A DNA stretch of 62,131 nucleotides, the filler included, from Basidiobolus ranarum (taxonomy: Eukaryota), in the NCBI GenBank assembly GCA_040143965.1. It is 9 parts of 9 records of this genome, joined end to end, with 100 filler letters (N's around TTAATTAATTAA, not from the genome) between each part and the next. Parts side by side here need not be neighbours in the genome. Positions count along the whole stretch, not along the records: positions 20,780 to 27,598 come from JASJQH010001237.1; positions 27,699 to 34,510 come from JASJQH010001238.1; positions 34,611 to 41,421 come from JASJQH010001239.1; 6 more parts are not named here. One strand, given 5' to 3'. The position numbers and the translations under genes were made by a program. Below the pieces are notes generated by a model that saw only the letters and a program-made list of their open reading frames with translations, ran no database searches and was not told the origin of the DNA. How positions within the stretch are numbered: the first letter of the stretch is position 1; every line of letters starts with the position of its first letter. Positions 25,661 to 36,698 of this stretch are shown here, piece after piece.

Positions 25661-27598
25661 TGTCATGATTCTGCTCTCAGCATGCTCATCTCCTGCAAAT
25701 AGAACTCTTCTATTATTAGATTATGATAGCATAGCTGCTGTGCAAACCTTTCTTGGCAATCATGTGTTAGTTCATGCAGGTTACCTTATATGGAAGTCAT
25801 GTTCTTTAAAACATTGCATTACACCTAGCCATTAATATCTTCCCACACATTGTGAATTTCCACCAAGACCTTCTGTGGAAGGTCACCTAATCATCATAAC
25901 AAGCTCCCTCTTTATATTGGCCCTTGTAGTCCCCAATACTTGAACTTGCCACAGTATATTCCCTATTCAGTGTATTATGTTTCACCCTCCAATATCTGTA
26001 TAAGCTCCACGTATTCCTTGATCTGACCTCAGTCTGTTCCATGCCAGTTATCAATAATGATTCTTGCCAAAGTATCTTCCCTGTCCAGTCTTGTCTTGTG
26101 TTCTACACCCAAGTACTCTCCTGCCTTCTAACCTCTTGTTGTTGTTTCTAGTCCTTGTCCAGTTCCTTACTGTGACAGTTTGATCCATCTACTTACACTT
26201 GCCTGTAGAGCTCTCTCCATCCCTGTTCTCCAACCTTGATACCCCCCAAGGTTGGCTTCCCTCTTTTTACCAATCTTTCCCAGGCTTCCCTGCCAAGGCA
26301 AAGATACCTTCCACCTTTGGATAATTGCTCTATGTGCATCCTTGTCAAGACACTACTGGTTGAGTTTACAGTTGTTTTTGTAAAGCCTGCATCAGATTAT
26401 GCTGCAGAATTCTGCCTTCTTGTCTGTGATTTTAATTGGGGAGAATATGCCTTGATCAACCAATTCCAGTATGGACTCCAAGAAAATATCAAGGATCTTT
26501 TATTCACTATGGCTGACCCAGTGACCTTGACTGATGCTATCCATCAGGCAGTTAAATGTGACAACCGGTTGTTTGAAAGACAACAACAAAGAAATATGAC
26601 TCCTTTCTTCTGTCCTTCCTCATCTACTTGCAAAGCTCCCTTCCATTAAACACAAAATACAGCTCAAGCAGATGACCTAATGCAAATCAATGGAACTCAA
26701 TTCAGAAAGCTTATGCCTCAGGAAAAATATTGATGCCAAGAAGAAAATCTATGCCTCTATTGTGGAGCTCCTGGACTTATAGCCAGAGCCTGTTCAAAAA
26801 GAATTCTGGATTTAAGATCAACTACATGCATGTAGAAGAGAACTCTTCCAAACCATCAGAAAACCTCAACACCCAGCTGCCATAATGCACATGCAGTTGG
26901 GCCAACCATCTTCAAAAATGTTTTTTGACCATCCATTGCAATCTCTGCCATCATACCAATCATTGAAGCTGCCCATTACACTCCTGCTACCAAATTTTAA
27001 GTCAATAAAAACAAATGCTCTTGTTGATTCTGGTGCTTCCTCCTGTTTTATGACTCTGCCTTTGTCAAATCCCACTCTATCCCAACAATAAAGAAATCTA
27101 GTCCAGGCCTGGTAAAAGCAATTGATGAAATGCTGCTAGCATTGGGTGCCATAACACATGAGACAACCTTTATGACACTCATGTCCACTGCTCATCAAGA
27201 AGAAATAGCCTTCAATATCATTTCTTCACCTCACCACCCTGTCATCCTTGATATATCATGACTCATGCAGCACAACCCAGTAATCACCTGGAAGAGGGAT
27301 ATTATCACATTCAAGCAAGCTCCACCTCCTAGTAGATATTTGCTAACCTGCAAAGTATCAAACTCATCATCAGCCCAAATTCTTGAAACATCCATGAAGC
27401 CAATGTTCATTGATGGTGTCACTGAAGATCTGATACCTACAAAATCTATGGTTCATTAACTCACACCCACATGCTTAGCTTTTGCTGATGTCTTTGACAA
27501 GAAGAAATCTGATATATACTCAGCTCACCACCCATACAATTGCCCTATAGATCTACAAGAAGGAAAACAACCACCATTTGGGCCTATCTATGGGCTGA
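25661..27598 (+). mobile_element. Ty3/gypsy (chromovirus/Tcn1-like) element: 517-bp 5' LTR, gag, zinc knuckle, protease, start of RT
   Basis: LTR TGTCA (25661) to TGACA (26177). Gag ASDYAAEF...LINQFQYGL...AVKCDNRLFER, knuckle CLYCGAPG..ARAC, protease ALVDSGASSCF, RT FADVFDKKK..PIDLQEGKQPPFGPIY. Confidence 0.9.
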
Positions 27599-27698
27599 NN
27601 NNNNNNNNNNNNNNNNNNNNNNNNNNNNNNNNNNNNNNNNNNTTAATTAATTAANNNNNNNNNNNNNNNNNNNNNNNNNNNNNNNNNNNNNNNNNNNN

Positions 27699-28292
27699 CG
27701 TAACCTCGAAAGCTTCAGCTTGAACGTTTATGACTTCACTGAAGTTCGTGCCCCAGGATTCCTTGAGAAGGTTATCGAATCTTTCCCTCAATTGAAGCAT
27801 TTGGAGCTTACCCATGGTGTTGATGCCGTCGTAAATGCTCAACTCGTTGCCACTAAATTGCCTCAATTGGAGTCACTCGTCTGGGATTCTGAGGATATTA
27901 CTGATGAGATTGTCGAGACCATTGTCAAGGGCTGCAACAAACTTCGTAACCTCCATCTTCCTTTTGCCACTGAAATCACCGATGCCGGTGTTGTCGCCAT
28001 CTCCCAAAACTTGAAGGGATTGGAACAAATTACCGTCGATACTATTAAGGTTGGTGGCTTCAAGGCTCTTAAAGAAAACTGCTCATCTCTCTACGAGTTG
28101 AACGTTGTTGAATGCACCGAGCTCACTGAAGGAGATGTTGCCGACCTCAAAGTTAAGCTCCCCAAGTTGGAGAGTATCTGTGTTGCTGGTGAGATCTCAG
28201 AGGAGATCTTAAAGACTCTTTCTGAATTAGTTCCCGAAATTCAACTTCACTTCGGTTCCATCGGAGATTCCGATGAAGAAGATGAGGAATAA
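27699..28292 (+). CDS. 3' part of a leucine-rich repeat (RNI-like / F-box-LRR type) protein
   Basis: The frame is open from the contig edge. Repeats of LPQLESL..ITDE, CNKLRNLHL..ITDAGV and CSSLYELNVVECTELT; acidic tail DSDEEDEE. Confidence 0.85.
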   Translation, partial: RNLESFSLNVYDFTEVRAPGFLEKVIESFPQLKHLELTHGVDAVVNAQLVATKLPQLESLVWDSEDITDEIVETIVKGCNKLRNLHLPFATEITDAGVVAISQNLKGLEQITVDTIKVGGFKALKENCSSLYELNVVECTELTEGDVADLKVKLPKLESICVAGEISEEILKTLSELVPEIQLHFGSIGDSDEEDEE

Positions 28293-28512
28293 GCATATCA
28301 TCAAACCCAATATTCGTAATAATCTTGACCATACTGTGTTCAATGTAATTTTAATGATATGTTAGCTCAAATATTGAGCTATACTTAAAACACTTTAAAG
28401 TTAATTTTCGATATGACGTTACTCTAATAAACATAATAATAGATCGATATAATTGTTGGCTTGAAAACTTTATGTGGGAATGATGGTGGTGAGAATCAAT
28501 ACTAGATTCGAT

Positions 28513-29459
28513 CTAGTTCTTGCTGAATTGTTCTAAGAAATTCACTAAAAGACGTTTGGCTTCGGATTTAGAGGGAACTACATGTCTGTCAATCAAAGTT
28601 AAAGAAATGTAAGATATGTTAAGGCGAATGTTTGAATATTTTACCCTTGAGGATGTTCATGAACGATGGGATTGACGAAGCAGTCGGCAAGTTCTTGACT
28701 CATTGCTAGGACGTTGGTTGAATTAGCAAATCAACTAAACTCCTGCGACATTGATATTTTAACAGTAAAATTCAACACATACCAGGCACTATCCATGTAT
28801 CTTTCTGACCAAAAGAGTGAAATGAAGGTAGCTCGATTTTTGTAGAAAATAAAGGAACGTGCGTAGCGTAAAAACTCTTAATACCGGAAAACATAATGGC
28901 GAATTTCAGCTGATTAACTTCTTCAGGCGCAAGTTTGAGCTGTTGCTGTGCACAAATCACAGCAACTATCGTAGCACCTTGGCTAAAACCTAGTAAGCCA
29001 TCAAATGGACCCTAAACAATCCACGCCCAAACAGTTTAATAGGAGACCAAATACTACTGGCGTTACATATAGAGTACCTCTTTTTTCATAAAGTTGTAAA
29101 TGTAGTCGAGTCCGGTTTCAACACCTCTCCATTTTCCGGCCGCTCGTTCTTCGAGTTTAAAAGTGTACCAGCCATACTGATCTTCAACTTTCTTGTTATC
29201 TTCTACCTCAATATCACCTTCTTTTAATATTGGAATTCCAACATGAGGTGCATTTAAATAGACTAAGAACTTTAGTCAGTACACTTGAAATAACGTTTTC
29301 TCTTTTGGATAAATAACTACAGTTACCTAACTCGGCCAAATCATTTTTACCAAACCACTTTCGTAATTGCTTACTCTTTCCTTCGAACACTTCGGCTGAC
29401 TGCAAATAACCATGTAAACATAGAATGCGCAAAGGTCGTCGGGGAACTGAAACACTCAT
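28513..29459 (-). CDS. Serine hydrolase, FSH1/OVCA2 family (spliced)
   Basis: RILCLHGYLQS, GPFDGLLGFSQGA nucleophile motif, HSFGQKD and GHVVPS; GT-AG introns; TAG at 28513-28515. Confidence 0.92.
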
Positions 29460-29872
29460 TCGTAGGTGAATTGATTCTTTCTAGTTGCTAATAAACAAGT
29501 TCCAAAAACCTTAATGTCAACAAATTTCGTTCTAAATACTAAAAATGGTGATTGATTTAGATCAGATGAAGAAAAGTAGTTTCTACATCTAGTCATGTGA
29601 TCATCTTCTACACAGTTTGGAAGCAGTACAAATAGACTGGTAAATTGGTTCTATATGATTTGTTATTCCATATCCTTTCCACATATGATAGCTATGTTAA
29701 ACTATCACCTCGTCATAACTACTCAAATGGGTAAACAGTTGGGAAGATGAATCTCAAAGATACACCTGAATATTTATCAATAATGGTGGAAATATTTGAA
29801 AGGGAAAAAGACCTATAATGAACTTAACTAAGTAAATAACTAAAAATCTCTCTAATCTAGAAAAGAGCAACA

Positions 29873-30260
29873 TCAAGAAGAGCCAAAGACTGCGCTCCAA
29901 ATAGATTGTACTAGACCAGGTTCTTCAGTCTTACCTGCAGCTTCACCATCAGGGGTCAAGACCTTTTCCAAATTCCCAACATATAAATCTTCCAGCAGTT
30001 TAGTAGCTTCGTCCGAGTGGCCGATTTCGTCAAAAGCTTCTGTAGCATCGCGGCCAGCACACTCCACTATCACCTCACCTCCTCCAGGATGCTTGAATAA
30101 AAAAATAGACGTTAGAGAGATGTACAAGACTGAGAGAATACAGTGAGCTTACATCGTCTAAAAACTTGGTACAGTCATATACTTTACCGTTAATAATACA
30201 CCAGCAATCTTGCTCGGTATTATGGAGACTGACTTCGGTAGCGGTGATTAACTTCGTCAT
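29873..30260 (-). CDS. Cytochrome b5 (2 exons; intron 30092-30152)
   Basis: HNTEQDCWCIINGKVYDCTKFLDD|HPGGGEVI..AGRDATEAFDEIGHS; both heme-ligating His residues are present. Confidence 0.95.
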
Positions 30261-31084
30261 AGTTGAGATAAGAGAGTACGGCTCTTAGTGATCTCAAGTT
30301 GGAACTATTAGTTGTATTTTCTCCAACGAACAGTGGCTAAAGAATGGTTTGTCATTGCTTCAGAATGTGTAGAGTATTTAAGAGCCCACAGAAGACGGGA
30401 TTTTAATTTCCCAAGGGAGAAATGTGTATTGATTCAGGACCAAAATGGACTTAAATTGCAGAGAAACAAGTCTAAGGGAAGTGGAGTTTTGTTACTATAT
30501 ATGTATATTTGTTGCTTCTTAAGATCGTGATCATAAGCTTATATATGTGATCCGTGTCGGCTTGGAGATGCTAATCAAGACTTGATTTATCGAAGAGGAT
30601 TTCACTTAGCCATACTGATGAGCTGATTGGGCCTGATTGGCAAAATCTGCAACTGCTAAAATTGTTTTCAGGATATCCTCCTCAATATACTTGCGGCAAC
30701 CAATTTCTCCTGGGTAAGGACTGACATGCAGGGATGTCTTAAAACCAAATATCCATACCATCCTGTATCCGACTTACCAACAAAGTTCATTCCATGTCAA
30801 TAGGGGCTACAATCCAGCAGGAACATTGTTAATCATCAATTGCAGTGCTATTCGGTAGGGCCTTCGTTTGTCATGAATTGAAGCCAGAAAGTTACGTAGT
30901 GGGACTTCTCAGACTATTTACCTGGTTCCTAAGGATTAGTTCTCTTATACATGCATTCATTAGGTGGCAACATTCCAAAAAAAGTAGAGTACGAGTCCGA
31001 GTCCGAGTCACTTCAGCAATAGGTTCAATGGCTGGTGCACTGCTCCTAATATGAGATCTACTATAGTATACCATATTTCATATT

Positions 31085-31387
31085 TGTTGAAGTATTTTGG
31101 AGCCTGTTGGAAGTGGTTTGGAGAATTAGAGAAATTGGTGGTTTTCACTTATGGAGTTGACATTTATAGTTTTTCAAGATGTAAACAAACTAACGTGTAG
31201 AATGTGTTAAAGAAGGTCCCAGGAACATGCGTGCAAAGTTTGGGGCTTCTTTGCAAAATCTATATATCTGAGGACTTCTAAGTAAATTCCGATTGAGAAT
31301 AATGGGTAATATCTTAGTTAATATAGGATAACCAAATACTAAGCTATAAATGACTATATAGGTGTTTAGGCAATGCTAATTTCAACA
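31085..31387 (-). repeat. Solo LTR (family B) with perfect 5-bp TSD ATATT
   Basis: TGTTGAAG...TTTCAACA, flanked by ATATT at 31080-31084 and 31388-31392. Confidence 0.92.
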
Positions 31388-31923
31388 ATATTCAGGTGGA
31401 TTTTTGCAGTTCATCAACATCTGTTATTGTGTATGAAGGTATGTGATGTTGATATATATAGCAATTCTCCTGCTTATTACTAAATATCTGAAAGGCATAA
31501 ATGCTTAGTAAAGCCATAACTTTCAAATGATCCAATTTCCTGACCACCTTAGAGACAAATCTTTGTTGGAACTAGAAAAAAGTTCCAACAAAAGTATAAG
31601 TACTAATTTATGTTGTATAATTAATCTTTGTTCAACATCTTAGTTAACTTTAGTTAGTACACAAATATCAGAAATCAGAAAGCCTTGTATCTATAGCCCC
31701 TATATTCTAATCAGGAGTATCTCTATATCTATATAACTAATATATCTCATTACCCCCGCTTACCTAGCACTACACAAACTCCTGAATATCTCAAATAATT
31801 GAGTTAGTTCTCTGCTATGTTAGCTACCATATTCCATTAAGTATAAAGTTACTAAAAGAGTATCACAAGTTATCTCCTCATTATGAACAGTTCCACCAAC
31901 AATTATCAATCCAATAAAAGGAC

Positions 31924-32210
31924 AGTTGAAGTGTTTTGAGAGTCTGTTGGAAGTGGTTTGGAGCACTAGAAGAATTGGTGATTTTCACTTCCTAATTTAT
32001 TGAGTGGAAAGTTGACAATTATAGTTGGATAAACAAGAAAACATGTAGAATATGTTAAGAAAGGTCCCAGGAAAGTTTGGGCCGCTAGGACAAGTTCTCC
32101 AAATGTTTTAAGTAAAGTCCTCTTGAGGCGATATCTTGGTTCAATATGAAATAACCAAATACTAAGCTATATATGACTATATAGATGTTTAGGCTATGTT
32201 GATTTCAACA
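31924..32210 (-). repeat. Older solo LTR (family B)
   Basis: AGTTGAAG...TTTCAACA, colinear with 31085-31387; TSD decayed (AGGAC versus AAAAC). Confidence 0.85.
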
Positions 32211-33707
32211 AAAACAACACGTGCCGATATTGTACTTGTGGTAATTTGCCTAAATACTAAAAATTCATCTCGATTCTCTATATCTGATATTTAATGTATC
32301 TATTATTTAACATTAGTCAAAGAAAAACCAAGGGAATTCTAAAATATTAGACGCTAGATTGTTTACATTGATGCATAATATACCTAACCCTAACCCTACA
32401 AACCCCACACTTGCACTATTAATGGCAAATAATCTGACCTAAATTGAGAGTCGTATTGGTCAATCTTGGGATATACTTAGAAGAATATCTATACCTGCTA
32501 CTAGTACTGGGTCTTATTTGTAACTAATGATAGGATGATATTATATAGTTGAGACCAGTATGGTGACACTTGTCATGCATACTAGAGATAATACCCGAGA
32601 AGTATAGTGAAGGGTACCCACTAATTCATAGCTAAATGTCCATTACCATCTCTCACAAGAGTAACGATACAAAGTACAATGACACCGGTTGAATGGAAAG
32701 AAAGACAACGTCTCTTTTGATGCAGTGTGAAACGATACGATCTGTGCCATTCAGAATTGTTTCAGAATGTGGTTAGCATAGTGCGTATATATATACTCTA
32801 TACTTGTGAACATATCATCAGGGTTTGATGATAGGCTTTGAGTGCAAAATTAATAGCCGACTAATCTGTATGGTCATGTATCATAAAATTAGACATAGTG
32901 TTCCAAGGAGGTTAAAAATAGTTTAGCGTAATGCAAATGCGCTACAAAATAAGCTACACAATCAATGGATGTTTCAAAATGAGATAAATATAACATTCAA
33001 TTTTGTAAGTAGTATATCAACCTTATTGGGGGAACAGAGGTTCAAGATTCATTTGCTTTCTGGCAAAAGATTTTCAAGTGCAGTATCTAGTGATAATCAC
33101 TTTGTCTCGGTTTTTTCTGAGGCACCAAGCCTTGACTTGGCGGGAATCCTTCAGACTACAGTGTTCTACAGAGACCTAATTGTATTCCTGCGTCAATGCT
33201 ATATGTTTCTGGAAGGACAAGGCCAATTGAGTTTCAACCACTCAAAACTTCAAACTCTATTTTTATTTCATTCAAGTCATGTCCATTCTATTTTCATCAT
33301 ACAAAGCATACCTTGACTCCCTCGTGACGTAACTGAAAGCGGGGCTTGAACATGATTCATTCATTGAGCATATAAATCTGTCCAATGCTTTGCATAGGCT
33401 TCTCGCTTGTAGTAATCGATATCGCTTGATTGGATGGCCGGGAGATGCTTGATATTTTTCAACTACAAGTACACTATTATAGCAGACTAGGCGCTTTTAT
33501 AAATTGAAGAGTATCTCAGGTTAAGTTGCTTCATGTATCATCTATGACTTAGATTTCAGAGATTCCTCAACATCCATACTAACCCTTCATTTAACCTATT
33601 TCTCCTTTAACTAATCCCTTTCTTCTTATTATTAACGGATCTAACTTAACCTGCTTAGGCATTGCTTTAAACTCCTCATTTCTTCTTTTAGATCTACTGT
33701 GAACACC

Positions 33708-34510
33708 ATGAGATTTCAGATTCTTGGCTTGTTATCTTTCATGGCTGTCTCCAATTCATTGGCTGTGAATGATCCTCACTTAAATGGTAAAGGCGCACAA
33801 TTATCTCGGTCAATTCTTTTCTCAAGTTAACTGTCTGATGTCTATTTAGATCAATATCATGAAGTGCTCTCTCTCAACAGTAATGTAAAACGTCAAAATT
33901 CTGATGATGGTAATGATGACGACGACGCCACCACATCAGCTCAAATCTTCACCAGTCGTCTAGTACCAAGTCAACTTCTACCTCCGGTTAAGACTTCGGT
34001 GTTACTAAGCAGTCCACTTCCTAACCAGATCCCTTCTAATGTTAACTCACCAATTGCTGCAACTTCGAATTTGAATGTACCACTTAATCCTACTCCAAAC
34101 CTATCTACTCCTGGAGTACAGCCCATAAACTCAAGCCTACCTCCTGTGGTACAACCTACTTTTCAACCCAGTCCTCAGATAACCCCTTCTAGCCAAGTTG
34201 TCAATACAAATGCTGTTACATTTTCCTCTGCACCATCTCTCTACACCCCAATTGGAAATACACTGTCTTCTTCAGAGAACTCCTATTTTAATTCACCAAC
34301 CCCAGTGTATTCATCAAACGTAGTGTATCCTACCTCAGTTATATCCGCGAATCCAAGTTCCGATAGATCCGAGTCGATTTTACCTTTACCTGGTGCATCC
34401 ACTGGATTTAGTAACTCGTTTCTACCATCAGCAACATTTGCTTCAATTTATAGAGTCAGCGGTGTTGAGACACCCATAGCCCCATCCGTATATCCTGCAC
34501 CATATCCGAC
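33708..34510 (+). CDS. Secreted Ser/Pro/Thr-rich (mucin or cell-wall-like) protein, cut off by the contig end
   Basis: Signal-like MRFQILGLLSFMAVSNSLA, GTAAAG...TTAG intron at about 33787-33849, KR (Kex2-like) site, then a long S/P/T-rich frame. Confidence 0.75.
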
Positions 34511-35384
34511 NNNNNNNNNNNNNNNNNNNNNNNNNNNNNNNNNNNNNNNNNNNNTTAATTAATTAANNNNNNNNNNNNNNNNNNNNNNNNNNNNNNNNNN
34601 NNNNNNNNNNTCTCCACTTGTTACAAAATTTATGAAAGACTTGTTTATTTCCCAAGCTAACTTTCTCCATCCCCAAATGTTTCTCTTAAATGAAGAGGTT
34701 TGGGAAGCTGCACTAAACAGGTCTTAATTAGATTAACCTTTAACTTTTACTTCCATCTTGGCTTCTTTACTTATTTGTGTTGTATAACTTGAGATAAATA
34801 AAAATTACACCTTCTGGTGCTTTTCATCCCCCCTGACCCAACTTGCATTGAACAACATGCCACCAGTAACTTACATTGATAATCGCACTACCAGTAGCTC
34901 AAAGACCACCAAAAGGCCCTCACAATAAGGTAAGCCTTCAACTCCTTATGCATACACCTGCAACTCTGAACTTCTCGTACATAAAACTGTAACTTGGCTT
35001 CATAATGATAAAATACAGCACTTATGATCTCAATACAATTTCGGCTTATTGTCTTGATTAAGTTATTCAGTTGACCGAAATTCTATCCAATAAGATACCA
35101 TTTTTCAAGAGATTCATCTAAAAGCTTCGTTTAAACAGTCAACTAAGCACTAAATTAAACGACTCGCATCTCCATATGCTCCTCTTTTCCCTTGATCATC
35201 AAGATATCGGTAGAGCATATGTATACTAATATGAATCTTAAGATTAGCATGGGTTTTCTGTAATATAGTGGACAAAAAATTTTATAGTTAGGGTTGCAAG
35301 AGTCTTAGTAACATACTTAGTGGAAGATGATTGGCACAAGAATATGTCATTTATTTTAATAGATTATTGAAGTCAATAAGTCCT

Positions 35385-36698
35385 CTAAACACACGCTTCA
35401 TCACCACAACTGTTATCGGAAGGATTGGGTTCACGGTAGAGAGGTGCACTTTCCAAACATTCAGCAAGGTTGACCAAGTTCCACCCTCTACCGAGGAGAT
35501 ATTCAATAGCGCGCTGAGCAAGAGGAATGGTTTTGGGATAATTTTCAGGCCTGAAGTCGGCTGTGGTATTCCAAACATCATGGTTCAACGAGATGAACTT
35601 TCCTACACTAGGATTTGTAGAGCCAGTTTGGTCGATGTACTCCTGGTACATCTCATCTATAGAATTTTCAGGATTCCAATCAACAGGATCAACACTCCAT
35701 GTAACAACGGTATAGCCCATTTTTTGGAGGATTTTGCGTGATGGACCATCAGTGTCGCCGTAGGGAGGTCGCATACAAGTAGGCACCTTTCCGAGGATCT
35801 TTGAAAAGGCATGATTTAATTTAGTCATTTCATAGACAACCCTCGATTCACTCACTGTGATGATATCAGTGTGAGCCCAGGTGTGAGAACAAATTTGATG
35901 GCCAGAATTGTACGCACGCTTGACAACATCAGCCAAGTCGTAGATGCCTAAAGTGGGGTTTCCGGTATCTGCGTTCTTTTCGTTAAGTCCGTTAACGAAA
36001 AAAGTGACCTTGACATTGACTTTATCCAGATAATCCAGCAATCCTGAAGTCAATACACTTGGCCCATCATCGAAGGTAATTGCGAAAGTTTTCGGAGCAG
36101 TACATTTGGTGACTATCTTGGCTTCCTTTTTGTTATTACAACCACCGAATTGTTTCTGGCAGCCAGCAGCACAATGATCGGATGTGTAACCGCAATACCC
36201 CCATTGACTACAGCACAAGCCTGGTGCACAAGAGCCTAATCCAGAGCCACACTTTTCATCGAGGTATCTCAGGGCTCCTGGAGTTGGGACAACGGTTGAA
36301 GTGGTTGTAGGTTTGTCGTCATTACACTGTCCGAACTGTTTTTGGCACCCACCAGTGCAATGATCGGATGAGTAGCCACACCAGCCCCATTCACTGCAGC
36401 ACAAACCTGACGCGCATGAGCCGAAGCTAGAACCACATTGCTCGTTAAGTTGCTTCGAAGGAGTTGGAGTTGGGGTAATTTCTGAGGTAGCTGTCTCTTG
36501 GGCACCTTTGCAATTACCGAAACTACTTTGACAACCTGCGCCACAATAAATGGCACTGGAGCCACAATAGCCCCACTTACTACAGCATAGGTCAAGTCCA
36601 CAGGAGCCCAATTCAGAGCCGCAACGACCATTACTAGGGGCAGCCTCGATAGAAGCTGCAGCTAACAGAGTAATTAGTATAGGTAAGACTGATTTCAT
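35385..36698 (-). CDS. Secreted chitin/polysaccharide deacetylase (CE4, NodB domain) with three CBM18 hevein-type chitin-binding modules
   Basis: Signal peptide, three CG..G.C..GLCCS.WG.CG....C..GCQ modules, and CE4 motifs TFDDGP, HTWAH, RPPYG, DW and LNHD. Intronless; ATG at 36698. Confidence 0.96.
   Translation of the reverse strand: MKSVLPILITLLAAASIEAAPSNGRCGSELGSCGLDLCCSKWGYCGSSAIYCGAGCQSSFGNCKGAQETATSEITPTPTPSKQLNEQCGSSFGSCASGLCCSEWGWCGYSSDHCTGGCQKQFGQCNDDKPTTTSTVVPTPGALRYLDEKCGSGLGSCAPGLCCSQWGYCGYTSDHCAAGCQKQFGGCNNKKEAKIVTKCTAPKTFAITFDDGPSVLTSGLLDYLDKVNVKVTFFVNGLNEKNADTGNPTLGIYDLADVVKRAYNSGHQICSHTWAHTDIITVSESRVVYEMTKLNHAFSKILGKVPTCMRPPYGDTDGPSRKILQKMGYTVVTWSVDPVDWNPENSIDEMYQEYIDQTGSTNPSVGKFISLNHDVWNTTADFRPENYPKTIPLAQRAIEYLLGRGWNLVNLAECLESAPLYREPNPSDNSCGDEACV

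Noticed and set aside
30540..31920. Short ORFs around the solo LTRs, including the RVRVRV/TRTRTR pair
   Set aside because: Produced by a (CGAGTC)n microrepeat and probable decayed gypsy integrase sequence; no credible gene.
35331..36631. ORFs 35331..35741 (+), 35351..35581 (-) and 36269..36631 (-)
   Set aside because: Antisense or alternate-frame shadows of the chitin deacetylase.
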